Assembly (NCBI GenBank): GCA_020639295.1
Contig: JACKGY010000009.1
Location: forward strand, 165,148-229,147
DNA: 64,000 nt
DNA from: Planctomycetota bacterium
Lineage (GTDB): Bacteria; Planctomycetota; GCA-002687715; DRQF01
Direction: 5' to 3'
Shown here: in pieces, positions 36,854-45,282 of the stretch
How the letters are laid out: the number at the start of each line of letters is the position of its first letter
Numbering within the stretch: position 1 is the stretch's first letter
Position numbers and translations under genes: made by a program
Notes under the pieces: generated by a model
What the model was told of the DNA's origin: nothing
Seen by the model: only the letters and a program-made list of their open reading frames with translations
The model's database searches: none

Positions 36854-38206
36854 ATGCCGCGGCTCCGCCAGGACATGAACGAGAAGGCACAACAACTGGA
36901 TCCCGAGACCGCCCAGGACGAGACCCTCTGCTCAGAGGCCGAGTTTGCCCGGACCGTGGCCGATCGGATTCCGGTCCTCGTTCACATCGACGAGCTGGCC
37001 AAGAAGAACCTGAAGGCGCGCTTCTCGCGCCGCATCTATGCCACGATCCTCGAGGAGTCCTCGGACCTGGAGAATCTCCTCGACGCGGCGGATGCCCGCT
37101 ACAACACGACCTTCGCCGGTCTGTTCGAACTCGTCTCCTCCCTGCGGGCGATCTCCGCCGCCGGTTATGCCCTGAAGAACGTCCAGCAGCGGACTCGCCG
37201 CGACGACTTCCTCAGCGCCGCGCTCGAGCGCGAGTTCCGCGGCGAGACCGAGGCTACCCAGCGGTTCACTGACAGCACGGTTCGCGATCTGCTCGACCGC
37301 CTCCACGACGAGGTGGTGCTCATCTGTGGTCCGGCGATCGGTCACGATGCGCCGGCGCAGATCCTCAATCAGGAGCGAGTCGAGCTGAAGCGTCTGCCCC
37401 ACACCCTGGGGAGTGACGATCATGCGGACGTCGAGACCATGGTCGCCGCGAAGGCGGCGCTCTTCCTCGCGGTCCACAAGACGATGTTCGATCGCGCGGA
37501 GGGGGGGCGCTTCCAGGACGTCGCCGAGATGCGTCTCTTCGTGCGAGAGGTCTGCAACGAGGAGCAGGCTCGTTTTCTCGAAGCCAAGCTCACCAACATC
37601 CGCAGCCGCTACGACACCTTCATCCGCAACACGTCGACGGAGCGGGACAGCGCCGATCTGCGCGACTTCCGCTACGTCCTGGAGATCTCCTTCCAGCTGA
37701 TGCGTTGCGTTCGCCATCTGGTGCACTTCTACGAGCGCCACGAGAACGACATCCGTGACGAGGAGATCAAGAGCGACGTCGCCCGGCTCGTCGACAAGGC
37801 CGTCGTTCTCGATCGGACGCTCAACTTCGCGCTCTTCTTCGTCTATCGCTTCGTCGAGGCGGGAGCCCCGATCGCCGAGCGGCTGTTGCATCACTTCACC
37901 ACGGCCGAAGTCGCGGAGCTGGAACTCCCCGAGGGCTGCATGCTGCACGCCCGTCCGGCCTCGCTGATCGCGAAGGTCGTCATCCACCACGGAACGCCGG
38001 TGGAGATGACCATGGGTGGCGAAACCTGCTACGCGGGTTCGATCATGAAGGTCATCCTCCTGGCCGGAAACCACCTCAAGGAGAGCCGGGTCACCTTCAA
38101 GGGCGACCGGCTTCCGGTCGCCGACCTCCGTCTTCTCTTCGAGCATCGTCTCGGCGAGGACGGGCTCGAAAAGCTCCCCGAGCAACTCTCCTATCTCTGC
38201 CGTTGA
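36854..38206 (+). CDS. Protein with an uncharacterised helical N-terminal region (about 350 aa) and a C-terminal HPr phosphocarrier domain
   Basis: Start is ATG 36854 (or 36875), downstream of the promoter. The earlier part of the track ORF is antisense to the sugar transferase. The last ~100 aa read ELELPEGCMLHARPASLIAKVV....GGETCYAGSIMKVILLAG, which is the HPr His-15 motif (GLHARPA) and the Ser-46 region (KSIM..M.LG). Confidence 0.75.
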   Translation: MPRLRQDMNEKAQQLDPETAQDETLCSEAEFARTVADRIPVLVHIDELAKKNLKARFSRRIYATILEESSDLENLLDAADARYNTTFAGLFELVSSLRAISAAGYALKNVQQRTRRDDFLSAALEREFRGETEATQRFTDSTVRDLLDRLHDEVVLICGPAIGHDAPAQILNQERVELKRLPHTLGSDDHADVETMVAAKAALFLAVHKTMFDRAEGGRFQDVAEMRLFVREVCNEEQARFLEAKLTNIRSRYDTFIRNTSTERDSADLRDFRYVLEISFQLMRCVRHLVHFYERHENDIRDEEIKSDVARLVDKAVVLDRTLNFALFFVYRFVEAGAPIAERLLHHFTTAEVAELELPEGCMLHARPASLIAKVVIHHGTPVEMTMGGETCYAGSIMKVILLAGNHLKESRVTFKGDRLPVADLRLLFEHRLGEDGLEKLPEQLSYLCR

Positions 38207-38295
38207 CCAGCCCTGGTTCTTTGCCGGCTCGCCTCGATTTCCCCTCGTAGCCACGTTAGTCTGCGCGGAATCGAAGACGCTCGAGGGAACGTGAC

Positions 38296-38766
38296 ATGTG
38301 GGTTGGTGTTCTGGCGGACACGCGCGATGCGCTCGATTCGCGCATCATGCAAGCCTTCGAGGGTATGGACTATATCCTCCATTGCGGGAACATCGGCTCT
38401 CTCAGCTACGTCGAGCAACTTTCCCACCTCTCCCCCATCAATGGCGTGCTGGGTGACGACGACTCGCCCGAGGATTATCCCTTCGAGACCACCCTCTTCC
38501 GGGGCGACTGGGGAGTTCCGATCCTGGTTCGGCATGAGGCGGGCAGCCCGTCCAAGCCGGACGCCGCGATCCTGACTCTTCTTGAGGAGTACAAACCCAA
38601 GGCCCTGCTCTTCGGCGCGGGTGGCGAAGCCATGAACGCGACCGTGGGCAAGTGCCTCTGGCTGAATCCAGGCTCCGCCTCGGGCCGGAATCCGGCCGGC
38701 CTCGCGACCGTGGGCATCCTGGAGATCGACGGCGCCAGCGTGCGCGCCGAGATCATTCGCCTCTGA
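38296..38766 (+). CDS. YfcE/MJ0936-like metallophosphoesterase
   Basis: 156 aa with motifs VGVLADTRD, ILHCGNIG and GSA. The ATG is preceded by GAGGGA. Confidence 0.78.
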   Translation: MWVGVLADTRDALDSRIMQAFEGMDYILHCGNIGSLSYVEQLSHLSPINGVLGDDDSPEDYPFETTLFRGDWGVPILVRHEAGSPSKPDAAILTLLEEYKPKALLFGAGGEAMNATVGKCLWLNPGSASGRNPAGLATVGILEIDGASVRAEIIRL

Positions 38767-38840
38767 GCCTCATCCCCCACCGGCGCTTTCGTCCGCTGGT
38801 CCCGCCCTTCGTGCTTCCGCCGACCCCGTCGGCAACCGGG

Positions 38841-39566
38841 TCAACGGCCGAAACGAAGTCGATCGGCCAGGATGCCCGGTAGCCCGGCCTGACGGATCTT
38901 GTCGCAGGTCGATCTCATGTCGTAGCGGACGCGATTGAGGCGGTAGGAACCGGTCGCGGCGTCGTAGAGCGCGTAGGCAGCCTTCGGATTCTCGTCTCGG
39001 GGCTGACCCACGCTGCCGACGTTGATGAGCGCGCGACGCACTTCCCGAAGGTCCAGGCGGGTTGCGACCGAAAGCGCGAGGCTGTCCTTCATGAGGAAGG
39101 CGAGCGGCACATGGGAATGGCCGAGGACCGCCACCGGCGTTCGCATCACGTTGATGGACCGGGCGGCGTCGTAGTAGGACTGGATGTACTCGAACTGCTC
39201 GGGATCCACCAAGGTGGCATGGCCAACCGTGATCAGGCCATCCAGCTCCCGCACCAGGGGTAATCCGCCCAACCACTCGAGCTCATCGCGCCCGAGGACC
39301 GAGGCGGTCCAGTCCACGGCCTCCTTGGCGTAGAAGTTGAAGAAGGTCGTATCCAGCTTGCCGACCACCGCCCAGTCATGGTTGCCGGCGACGACCGCGG
39401 CGTCGATGTCCCGTAGGCGCCCGATGCAGGCCGAGGGGTCGGCGCCGTAACCCACGACGTCACCGACGCTCAGAACGCGATCGACGCCCTCCTTGGCGAG
39501 GCTGCTGAGGACGGCGTCGAGGGCCTCCAGGTTGCCATGGATGTCACCGAGGATGCCGTAGCGCAC
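38841..39566 (-). CDS. Calcineurin-like metallophosphoesterase
   Basis: I chose the GTG at 39566 because it is preceded by GGGAGGG. This gives RYGILGDIHGNLEALDAVL, then SVGDVVGYGADP, VAGNHD and GHSHVP motifs. Confidence 0.8.
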   Translation of the reverse strand: MRYGILGDIHGNLEALDAVLSSLAKEGVDRVLSVGDVVGYGADPSACIGRLRDIDAAVVAGNHDWAVVGKLDTTFFNFYAKEAVDWTASVLGRDELEWLGGLPLVRELDGLITVGHATLVDPEQFEYIQSYYDAARSINVMRTPVAVLGHSHVPLAFLMKDSLALSVATRLDLREVRRALINVGSVGQPRDENPKAAYALYDAATGSYRLNRVRYDMRSTCDKIRQAGLPGILADRLRFGR

Positions 39567-39640
39567 GAGCCCTCCCGACCACCAGCCCTGGATCACGCCG
39601 AAACCGAGCGCCTGCCCGGCGCAGGCGTCGCGGCGCCATG

Positions 39641-40420
39641 CTAATGGCCATCCCGTCCCGGATCAAGCTTTGCGAGTTGCCCGTTACGACGCCCCAAGAC
39701 CATGGCGGCAAGCAGGTTAAAGAGGAGCGCCCCGGCAAGGCCAAGCGTCGCGCGCCAGAGCGACGACCGGCTGTCGGCGCCCATGAGGTCGGCCTGGCTC
39801 AGGTACTCGAGACCGGGCCGGAGCCAGCTTCCGATCGAGTCATGAGAGATCGCATCGAGGCCCCAGTAGTGCCCCCCGATCAACAGTGCAAGCAGGGACA
39901 GCGTGCTCAGTGCCGGCGGCAGGAAGCTGGCGAGGAATCGGGCCAGGGCCTGGAGCCAGAATCCGAGCAGGCCGACGAGGGCCGAGGCAACGAGGAAATC
40001 GACCCAGGCGAGGTCGCGCAGCAAGCCTGGCAGCAACAGCCAGTCGATCACCATGACTCCGAGGACCTGTGCCGCCAAGAGCAGGGCCAGGGCAAGGCCC
40101 CACGCGATTGCCGATCCCAGGGCCTGGGCCAGGATGATCGCGCTGGGTCCCATCGGCAAGGGGCCCGCTCGCTGCATGGACCAGCACCATGACTCGCGTG
40201 CCATGGGCCAGGCCACGAAGTAGGCCGCAAAGAGGAAGGAACCCAGAGCCTGGACGCCAAGGAGCGCTGCCGCGGCTCCGTGACCGGGACTCGAGAGGCG
40301 ACCAGGAAGGAGAAGTCCCATCCAGGAGAGGGCCGAGAGCGCCAACAGGCAACCCACTGCCCCGCGACGCCGGCAGCTCTCCCGAATGGCCTGACCTGCG
40401 ATGGACCACCAAAAGGACAT
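39641..40420 (-). CDS. Polytopic membrane protein (ABC-2-permease-like shape), function unknown
   Basis: 259 aa with about 6 hydrophobic helices. ATG start. No ATPase partner is adjacent. Confidence 0.55.
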   Translation of the reverse strand: MSFWWSIAGQAIRESCRRRGAVGCLLALSALSWMGLLLPGRLSSPGHGAAAALLGVQALGSFLFAAYFVAWPMARESWCWSMQRAGPLPMGPSAIILAQALGSAIAWGLALALLLAAQVLGVMVIDWLLLPGLLRDLAWVDFLVASALVGLLGFWLQALARFLASFLPPALSTLSLLALLIGGHYWGLDAISHDSIGSWLRPGLEYLSQADLMGADSRSSLWRATLGLAGALLFNLLAAMVLGRRNGQLAKLDPGRDGH

Positions 40421-40592
40421 CGACTGCTCGAATCTCCTGCCTCGGGCACCGCGCCCACATCCGGCGCAGTATCCTGTTAGCTGCCTGTCGGGCTATCGTC
40501 AAGCAGGCCAGGAAGATGGGTGGATCAACTCATGGCCCAGGCCTGTTGGCCAGGAGGCGCGACCGCTCACCAGGACGTGTCGCAATCCGCCT

Positions 40593-40608
40593 TGTTCCAC
40601 GTGGAACA
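40593..40608. promoter_or_regulatory. parS centromere-like site 1
   Basis: TGTTCCACGTGGAACA is a perfect 16-bp palindrome (18 bp with flanks TTGTTCCACGTGGAACAA). One mismatch to the chromosomal parS consensus TGTTNCACGTGAAACA. Confidence 0.85.
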
Positions 40609-40631
40609 AGGCGCGCGGTTGGTTGGCCCGT

Positions 40632-40647
40632 TGTTTCACGTGGAACA
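40632..40647. promoter_or_regulatory. parS centromere-like site 2
   Basis: TGTTTCACGTGGAACA, one mismatch to the parS consensus. It lies 39 bp from site 1. Confidence 0.85.
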
Positions 40648-40681
40648 ACGATTGGGCCCTTGGTCGAATCGGCTGCCTGCG

Positions 40682-40697
40682 TGTTTCACGTGGAACA
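40682..40697. promoter_or_regulatory. parS centromere-like site 3
   Basis: TGTTTCACGTGGAACA, identical to site 2 and 50 bp from it. It lies 123 nt upstream of the parA ATG. Confidence 0.85.
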
Positions 40698-40819
40698 GTG
40701 GCTCAATCCCGCGGGCTCACGGCAGGAGGGCGCGGCGGGGTCTCGCATCGCCAAGTTCCCCCGCGCCCTGATGCAACGTCCCGGGCATTGGTTATCCTCT
40801 GTCCAGCCACAGGAGAGTC

Positions 40820-41584
40820 ATGAGCCGCATCGTCGCTGTCTTGAGTCAGGATTCCGGGGTCGGCAAGACAACCACAGCCCTTGCCTTGGCGCAGGCCTTT
40901 GCGCTGGGCGGACAGGGCGCGCTCTTCGTCGACATGGACCCAGGCGGGGGCGCTACGCGCCTGGTTGGCCTGGCCCGACCCAACGCCGGCCTGCTTCAAC
41001 GCATCCTCCAGGGTGATGACCCGGTCGCCAAGACCGGTCTGCTCGTCCGCTCCCTGGACGTTGGCCTGGACATCATTCCTTCCGACGCGAGCGCCGCCGA
41101 GTACGAGCCGAGCGTGGCCGATTTCGGGCGCTTTCAGGCGGCCCTCGACGTTTTCCGGCTCCAGTATCCTTGGATCGTCCTGGATGCTCCACCCTCCCAC
41201 GACGGCTGGGCTCGCTGCTCCCTGATGGCCGCCAGTCACATCGTCGTGCCGCTTCAGGCCGAGCTCTTCGCGCGTGAGCATGCCTCCCAGGTCCTTCAGT
41301 TCGTCGACGAGACCATTGGCGAACGCCGCGATCCACCGCGTGTCCTGCTGTTGTTCACGATGATGCGGGATCACGACAGTCTCTCTGCCGACGTCCTACG
41401 CGACCTGAAGGCACTATATGGGCCTCGTCTCGCTCGAACGATCGTGCCTCGCGACCCCGCCATTCCCGAGGCCGCCATGCTCGGTCGAACCCTGCTTCAA
41501 CACGACTTCGAGTCCCGCGCAGCGCGGGCTTATGTCCAATTTGCAAAGGAACTTATGAACCATGACAGAGCGCAAGCTCGGTAA
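40820..41584 (+). CDS. parA: ParA/Soj-family partition ATPase with a non-canonical Walker A (no signature lysine)
   Basis: IVAVLSQDSGVGKTTTALALA, DMDPGGGAT, IVLDAPPS and the C-terminal IVPRDPAIPEAAMLGRTLLQHDFESRAARAYVQFAKEL are collinear with Soj. The ATG is preceded by AGGAGAG. It sits directly upstream of parB and overlaps it. Confidence 0.82.
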   Translation: MSRIVAVLSQDSGVGKTTTALALAQAFALGGQGALFVDMDPGGGATRLVGLARPNAGLLQRILQGDDPVAKTGLLVRSLDVGLDIIPSDASAAEYEPSVADFGRFQAALDVFRLQYPWIVLDAPPSHDGWARCSLMAASHIVVPLQAELFAREHASQVLQFVDETIGERRDPPRVLLLFTMMRDHDSLSADVLRDLKALYGPRLARTIVPRDPAIPEAAMLGRTLLQHDFESRAARAYVQFAKELMNHDRAQAR

Positions 41585-42491
41585 GGGCCTCGACTTCCTG
41601 ATGAAGCGCACGGCGCCTGCTGCCATCGAGGTAGCGCCCCAGCCGAAGCCGGAAGCGCCCGCCAAGCGGGAGCCCGCGCAGCGCATCGCCACGACCTCGA
41701 TCCGTCCCAACCCCTATCAGCCGCGGCGGAGCTTCGGCATCGAACAGCTCAACGAGCTGATCGAGAGCATTCGAATCCACGGGATCATCCAGCCCATTGC
41801 CGTCCGAGTCGCCCCGGACGGCTTCGAGCTGATCTCCGGCGAGCGACGCTGGCGAGCTGCTCAGGAGCTTGGTCTCGAGACGGTTCCTGTCGTGGTTCAC
41901 GAAGCCGACGACCAGGCCATGCTCGAGTTCGCGCTGATCGAGAACATCCAGCGCGAGGATCTCGATCCGGTCGAAAAGGCCAAGGCCTACCGGCAGCTCA
42001 TTCGGCAGTTCAACCTGACCCAGGAGGAGGCCGCCCGTCGGTTGGGCCAGAAGCGCTCGACCGTGGCCAACTTCATGCGCCTGCTCGAACTCCCCGCGCC
42101 GATCCAGGACCTGCTGGTCGAGCGCCTGCTGCCGATGGGGCACGCCCGGGCCCTGCTCGCCATCCAGGGCGAGAGCCGGCAGGTCGATCTGGCCCGGCAA
42201 GCGGCCCAGGGCAAGCTCACCGTTCGGGACATCGAGCGCCTGGCTCAGCTCCAGGGGGCCTCGACCCTGGCCGCGGATGCGGCCCTGCAGCGCAAACGGC
42301 AGGATCCCCACCTCGCCGAGGTCTCGGGCCGCATCCGTGAAGCGCTGGGCACCAAGGTCTCGCTGGCGGGCGGCGCGAAGCGCGGCAAGATCGTCATCGA
42401 GTACTACGACACCGATTCGCTGAATCGCATCCTTGCCTGCATCGAGAACGGTGCCGAACGACGCGATCGCGAGGCCAGCGCCGGCCTCTGA
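41562..42491 (+). CDS. parB: Chromosome partitioning protein ParB/Spo0J
   Basis: KLGKGLDFLM, IRPNPYQPRRSF, IQPIAVR, LISGERRWRAAQELG (CTP-binding GERR box) and an HTH region LTQEEAARRLGQKRSTVANFMRLL. Confidence 0.92.
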   Translation: MTERKLGKGLDFLMKRTAPAAIEVAPQPKPEAPAKREPAQRIATTSIRPNPYQPRRSFGIEQLNELIESIRIHGIIQPIAVRVAPDGFELISGERRWRAAQELGLETVPVVVHEADDQAMLEFALIENIQREDLDPVEKAKAYRQLIRQFNLTQEEAARRLGQKRSTVANFMRLLELPAPIQDLLVERLLPMGHARALLAIQGESRQVDLARQAAQGKLTVRDIERLAQLQGASTLAADAALQRKRQDPHLAEVSGRIREALGTKVSLAGGAKRGKIVIEYYDTDSLNRILACIENGAERRDREASAGL

Positions 42492-42523
42492 ACGCCTCGG
42501 CGCCTTCGGACCGGGCGGAAACG

Positions 42524-42556
42524 AAAAAGGGCCTCGCCGTCGGCGAGGCCCTTTTT
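42524..42556. terminator. Bidirectional rho-independent terminator between parB and the convergent PPIase gene
   Basis: AAAAA-GGGCCTCGCC-gtc-GGCGAGGCCC-TTTTT: a 10-bp GC stem flanked by an A-run and a T-run. Confidence 0.7.
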
Positions 42557-42578
42557 ATTCGCTTTGGTCGCGAATCGA

Positions 42579-43982
42579 CTACTTGTCGCCGTCCGCGTCG
42601 TCCGGCTTGGGAGCGTCCTGACCGCCGTTCTCCGGCTGGCTCTCGGCGCCCTTCAGCAGCTCCTCGAAGCGCGTCTCGGCGGCGCTGACGTCGGGCAGGG
42701 GCATGTCCCGGAGGACGGGCATCCAGCTGTCCTCGCCCTTGTGCTCCGGCTCGCCCTGGATGACGATCTTCTTGATCCCGAGGCGGACGCGGGGGATGTT
42801 GCGACCGGCGACGCCAACCTCGTCGTGGATCCCGGTCTGGAGCCACTCGTCGAGCACTTCGAGGCCCTCGGTCACCTCGCCGATCACCGCCTGGGCGACG
42901 TTGTTGCGCTCCGGCGGCGAGACGTGGATCTCGTAGAAGAGCCCGTGGCCCGCGACGCCGATCGGCTTGGTGGTGATGGAGCCACGCTTCACCGGCATGA
43001 GGACGGTGCCTTCGGCGGGGATGGTGTAACCCGGGTTCTCGTTGCCCCAGATGAACTTGCGGTCCGGCGCCTCGCGGCTGAAGACGCTGCCGAACTCGAA
43101 GAGGCCGGCGTCCTTGTCCAGGCGGTGGAAGGCGGTGCCGTCATAGCGGCCGGCCAGCGCGTGGAAGAGGAAGTTCTGAACCGACTTCTGGGCGACCTCG
43201 CTGAAGAAGCGGACCTTGAGGCTCTTGCCGTTCTCGAGCTCGATCGTGGCGCTGAGGGAGGTGTCCGGCTGGATCTCGATCTTGCCGACCTTCTCGAGGA
43301 TCTCGCAGGCCGCGAGCTCGCCGGCGTTCGCGCTCTTCCAGAGGTCGAGCAGGCTGTCCTGGCTCTCGGCGAAAGGCTTGAGGCTCAGGATGCCCTTGTC
43401 GGCATGCTTGGATTCGAGCTCGCCCAGGACCGCCTTCTGCTTCTCCAGGTGACCGCGACGGCGAGAGACGTCGGCGCAATTCACCGCGCAATAGAAGTGC
43501 AGCTGCTGGAGGTGGTTGAGGAACTTCTGTTCCCAGTGCGCGTCCGTGAACTTCGAGCGCTGATCCTCGAGTTCGGCGATCGCGGTCTCCGCGCCACTCA
43601 GGTAGCGCGCGGCCGACTCGGGCTCGAACATGATGGAAAGCGAGTTCTCGCGGCCGACCGTGTCCGGCTGGTGGCGGCGGTAGAAGGCCGAGGCCATGGT
43701 CTCGAAGCGTCGTTCGTTGAGACCACCGAGGTCGGGAATCGAGCCGTAGTTGACCTGGTTCTGGTCCGGGATGAAGGACCCGGCCTCGAACAGGATCTTC
43801 GCCAGCTCGGCCTGACCGCTCTCCTTGCTGCCCTTGAAGTAGGTCCAGCCAAGATAGGCCGCCATGACCACGATGCCCAACACAAGTGCTTTGGCTATAA
43901 GGCCTTTGCCACTCGACGCGTCTGCGCTGGCGTCGGTGAGCTTCTCCCACCAGGGTCCGCCTTGCTCGTTTCTTTTCGTCAT
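42579..43982 (-). CDS. Membrane-anchored cyclophilin-type peptidyl-prolyl isomerase
   Basis: N-terminal TM helix (LVLGIVVMAAYLGWTYF). C-terminal cyclophilin-like segment NFLFHALAGRYDGTAFHRL....F....PGYTIPAEG....VKRGSI. Confidence 0.75.
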   Translation of the reverse strand: MTKRNEQGGPWWEKLTDASADASSGKGLIAKALVLGIVVMAAYLGWTYFKGSKESGQAELAKILFEAGSFIPDQNQVNYGSIPDLGGLNERRFETMASAFYRRHQPDTVGRENSLSIMFEPESAARYLSGAETAIAELEDQRSKFTDAHWEQKFLNHLQQLHFYCAVNCADVSRRRGHLEKQKAVLGELESKHADKGILSLKPFAESQDSLLDLWKSANAGELAACEILEKVGKIEIQPDTSLSATIELENGKSLKVRFFSEVAQKSVQNFLFHALAGRYDGTAFHRLDKDAGLFEFGSVFSREAPDRKFIWGNENPGYTIPAEGTVLMPVKRGSITTKPIGVAGHGLFYEIHVSPPERNNVAQAVIGEVTEGLEVLDEWLQTGIHDEVGVAGRNIPRVRLGIKKIVIQGEPEHKGEDSWMPVLRDMPLPDVSAAETRFEELLKGAESQPENGGQDAPKPDDADGDK

Positions 43983-44497
43983 GGATCGCGGTGCCTTCCG
44001 ACCGTGACGGTCACGAGGGTCTCACCTTCCGGCGTCTTGTCGAGCCGTCCGGTCGTCACCTCGCAACGCTCACCGTTCTTTTCGAAAACCCAGGGCCCGT
44101 TTCGGCTCCCGTCCGGACTCGAAACGAGGGCCCAGTTGTACGGATCTTTCCCCATGAACTCCAGATACAGAGTCCTGGCTTCGTCGGCCGGCTTCCGGGT
44201 CCAGTAAACGAAGCGCCCGAGCCGGACGCCGCCGTCGGCGAAGCTGAAGCTCTCGTTCCGATGGTTCCGGAAGGAGAAGCCGGGAGGGCAGGGGATATCA
44301 TCGAACTGGACCCGCGACAACTCCCCCGAGCTGTCGTTCTGGTCGGCGGGCGCGGTGGCGCCGATGTTGGCGAGCGAATCACTCAGCGGATTGTGGCTCT
44401 CCTCGACGTTGCGGCAGGCGGTCGCGAGGCCGAAGAGGCCGACGACGAGGAGGGCCCGGAAGGCGGGGCGGGAGGTCGAGGACGAGAGCATGGTCAT
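43979..44497 (-). CDS. Lipoprotein, function unknown
   Basis: Signal peptide with lipobox FRALLVVGLFGLATAC. ATGA overlap with the downstream PPIase gene. Confidence 0.6.
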   Translation of the reverse strand: MTMLSSSTSRPAFRALLVVGLFGLATACRNVEESHNPLSDSLANIGATAPADQNDSSGELSRVQFDDIPCPPGFSFRNHRNESFSFADGGVRLGRFVYWTRKPADEARTLYLEFMGKDPYNWALVSSPDGSRNGPWVFEKNGERCEVTTGRLDKTPEGETLVTVTVGRHRDP

Positions 44498-44681
44498 GGC
44501 TTCATCTCACGGAAGGTCAGGCACCGTCGAACGCGCGCGATGATAGCAGCGTAGGGGCCCGTTCGAGACCGTTCCCGCGGCCGCAAAAAGCACGCGTTTT
44601 GCCCGCGCTCTCCTCACCGAGGGCGACGTATAATCCCGCGCAGGATCGACGGAAGCGAAGCACGCCGAGCGGAGCAAGCCG

Positions 44682-45281
44682 ATGGGCCCAGCCAGCGGGT
44701 CGGCCCTGCAGGAGCCGACCCTCGTCCTCAACAAGTCGTGGGTGCCGATCAACACCACGACCGTTCGCCACGCCTTGTTGCTGGTGATCAAGGGCGCCGC
44801 CCGCTTCATCCAACCCGAGACCTTCGAGATCCACGATTTCGACAGCTGGAGCGCCCTGAACCAGGACCAGGGAGCCGGCCTCCGCGGCGTCCGGCTCAGC
44901 CTGCGCATTCCCGAGGTCATCGTGCTGACCCAGTACAACCGGGTCCCGGAGAAGAGCGTTCCCTTCAGCCGGCGCAACCTCTGTCGCCGGGACGGCAACC
45001 GCTGCCAGTACTGTGGTGCCCAGGTCAACGCCCGCGACATGACCGTCGACCACGTCGTCCCCCGCAGCCGGGGCGGCAACAACTCCTGGGAGAACTGCGT
45101 GGTCGCCTGCCGCCGCTGCAACACCCGCAAGGGCAACACGCCGCTCGAGGTCACCGGCATGAGCCTCCTGCGCGCCCCTCGGCGGCCGGAGTGGAGTCCC
45201 TGCCTGAGCATCAAGCGCGGTCAGCGCAAGTCGAGCTGGAAGCGCTTCGTCGCCGAGCGCCACTGGCGCGGCGGCCTCTGA
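44682..45281 (+). CDS. HNH endonuclease family protein
   Basis: CQYCGAQVNARDMTVDHVVPRSRGGNNSWENCVVACRRCNTRKGN is a complete HNH/CxxC zinc motif. A perfect TATAAT lies at 44629-44634 upstream, and GGAG lies 8 nt before the ATG. Confidence 0.85.
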   Translation: MGPASGSALQEPTLVLNKSWVPINTTTVRHALLLVIKGAARFIQPETFEIHDFDSWSALNQDQGAGLRGVRLSLRIPEVIVLTQYNRVPEKSVPFSRRNLCRRDGNRCQYCGAQVNARDMTVDHVVPRSRGGNNSWENCVVACRRCNTRKGNTPLEVTGMSLLRAPRRPEWSPCLSIKRGQRKSSWKRFVAERHWRGGL

Positions 45282-45282
45282 T

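Noticed and set aside
40520-40771. 83-aa ORF with a repeated FHVEQ peptide, and the idea that the three evenly spaced palindromes form a mini CRISPR-like array
   Set aside because: The repeated peptide is just the translation of the three parS sites. The repeats are 16-bp palindromes matching the parS consensus and sit in front of parAB. No cas genes are present, and the spacers are 23 and 34 bp of ordinary promoter DNA.
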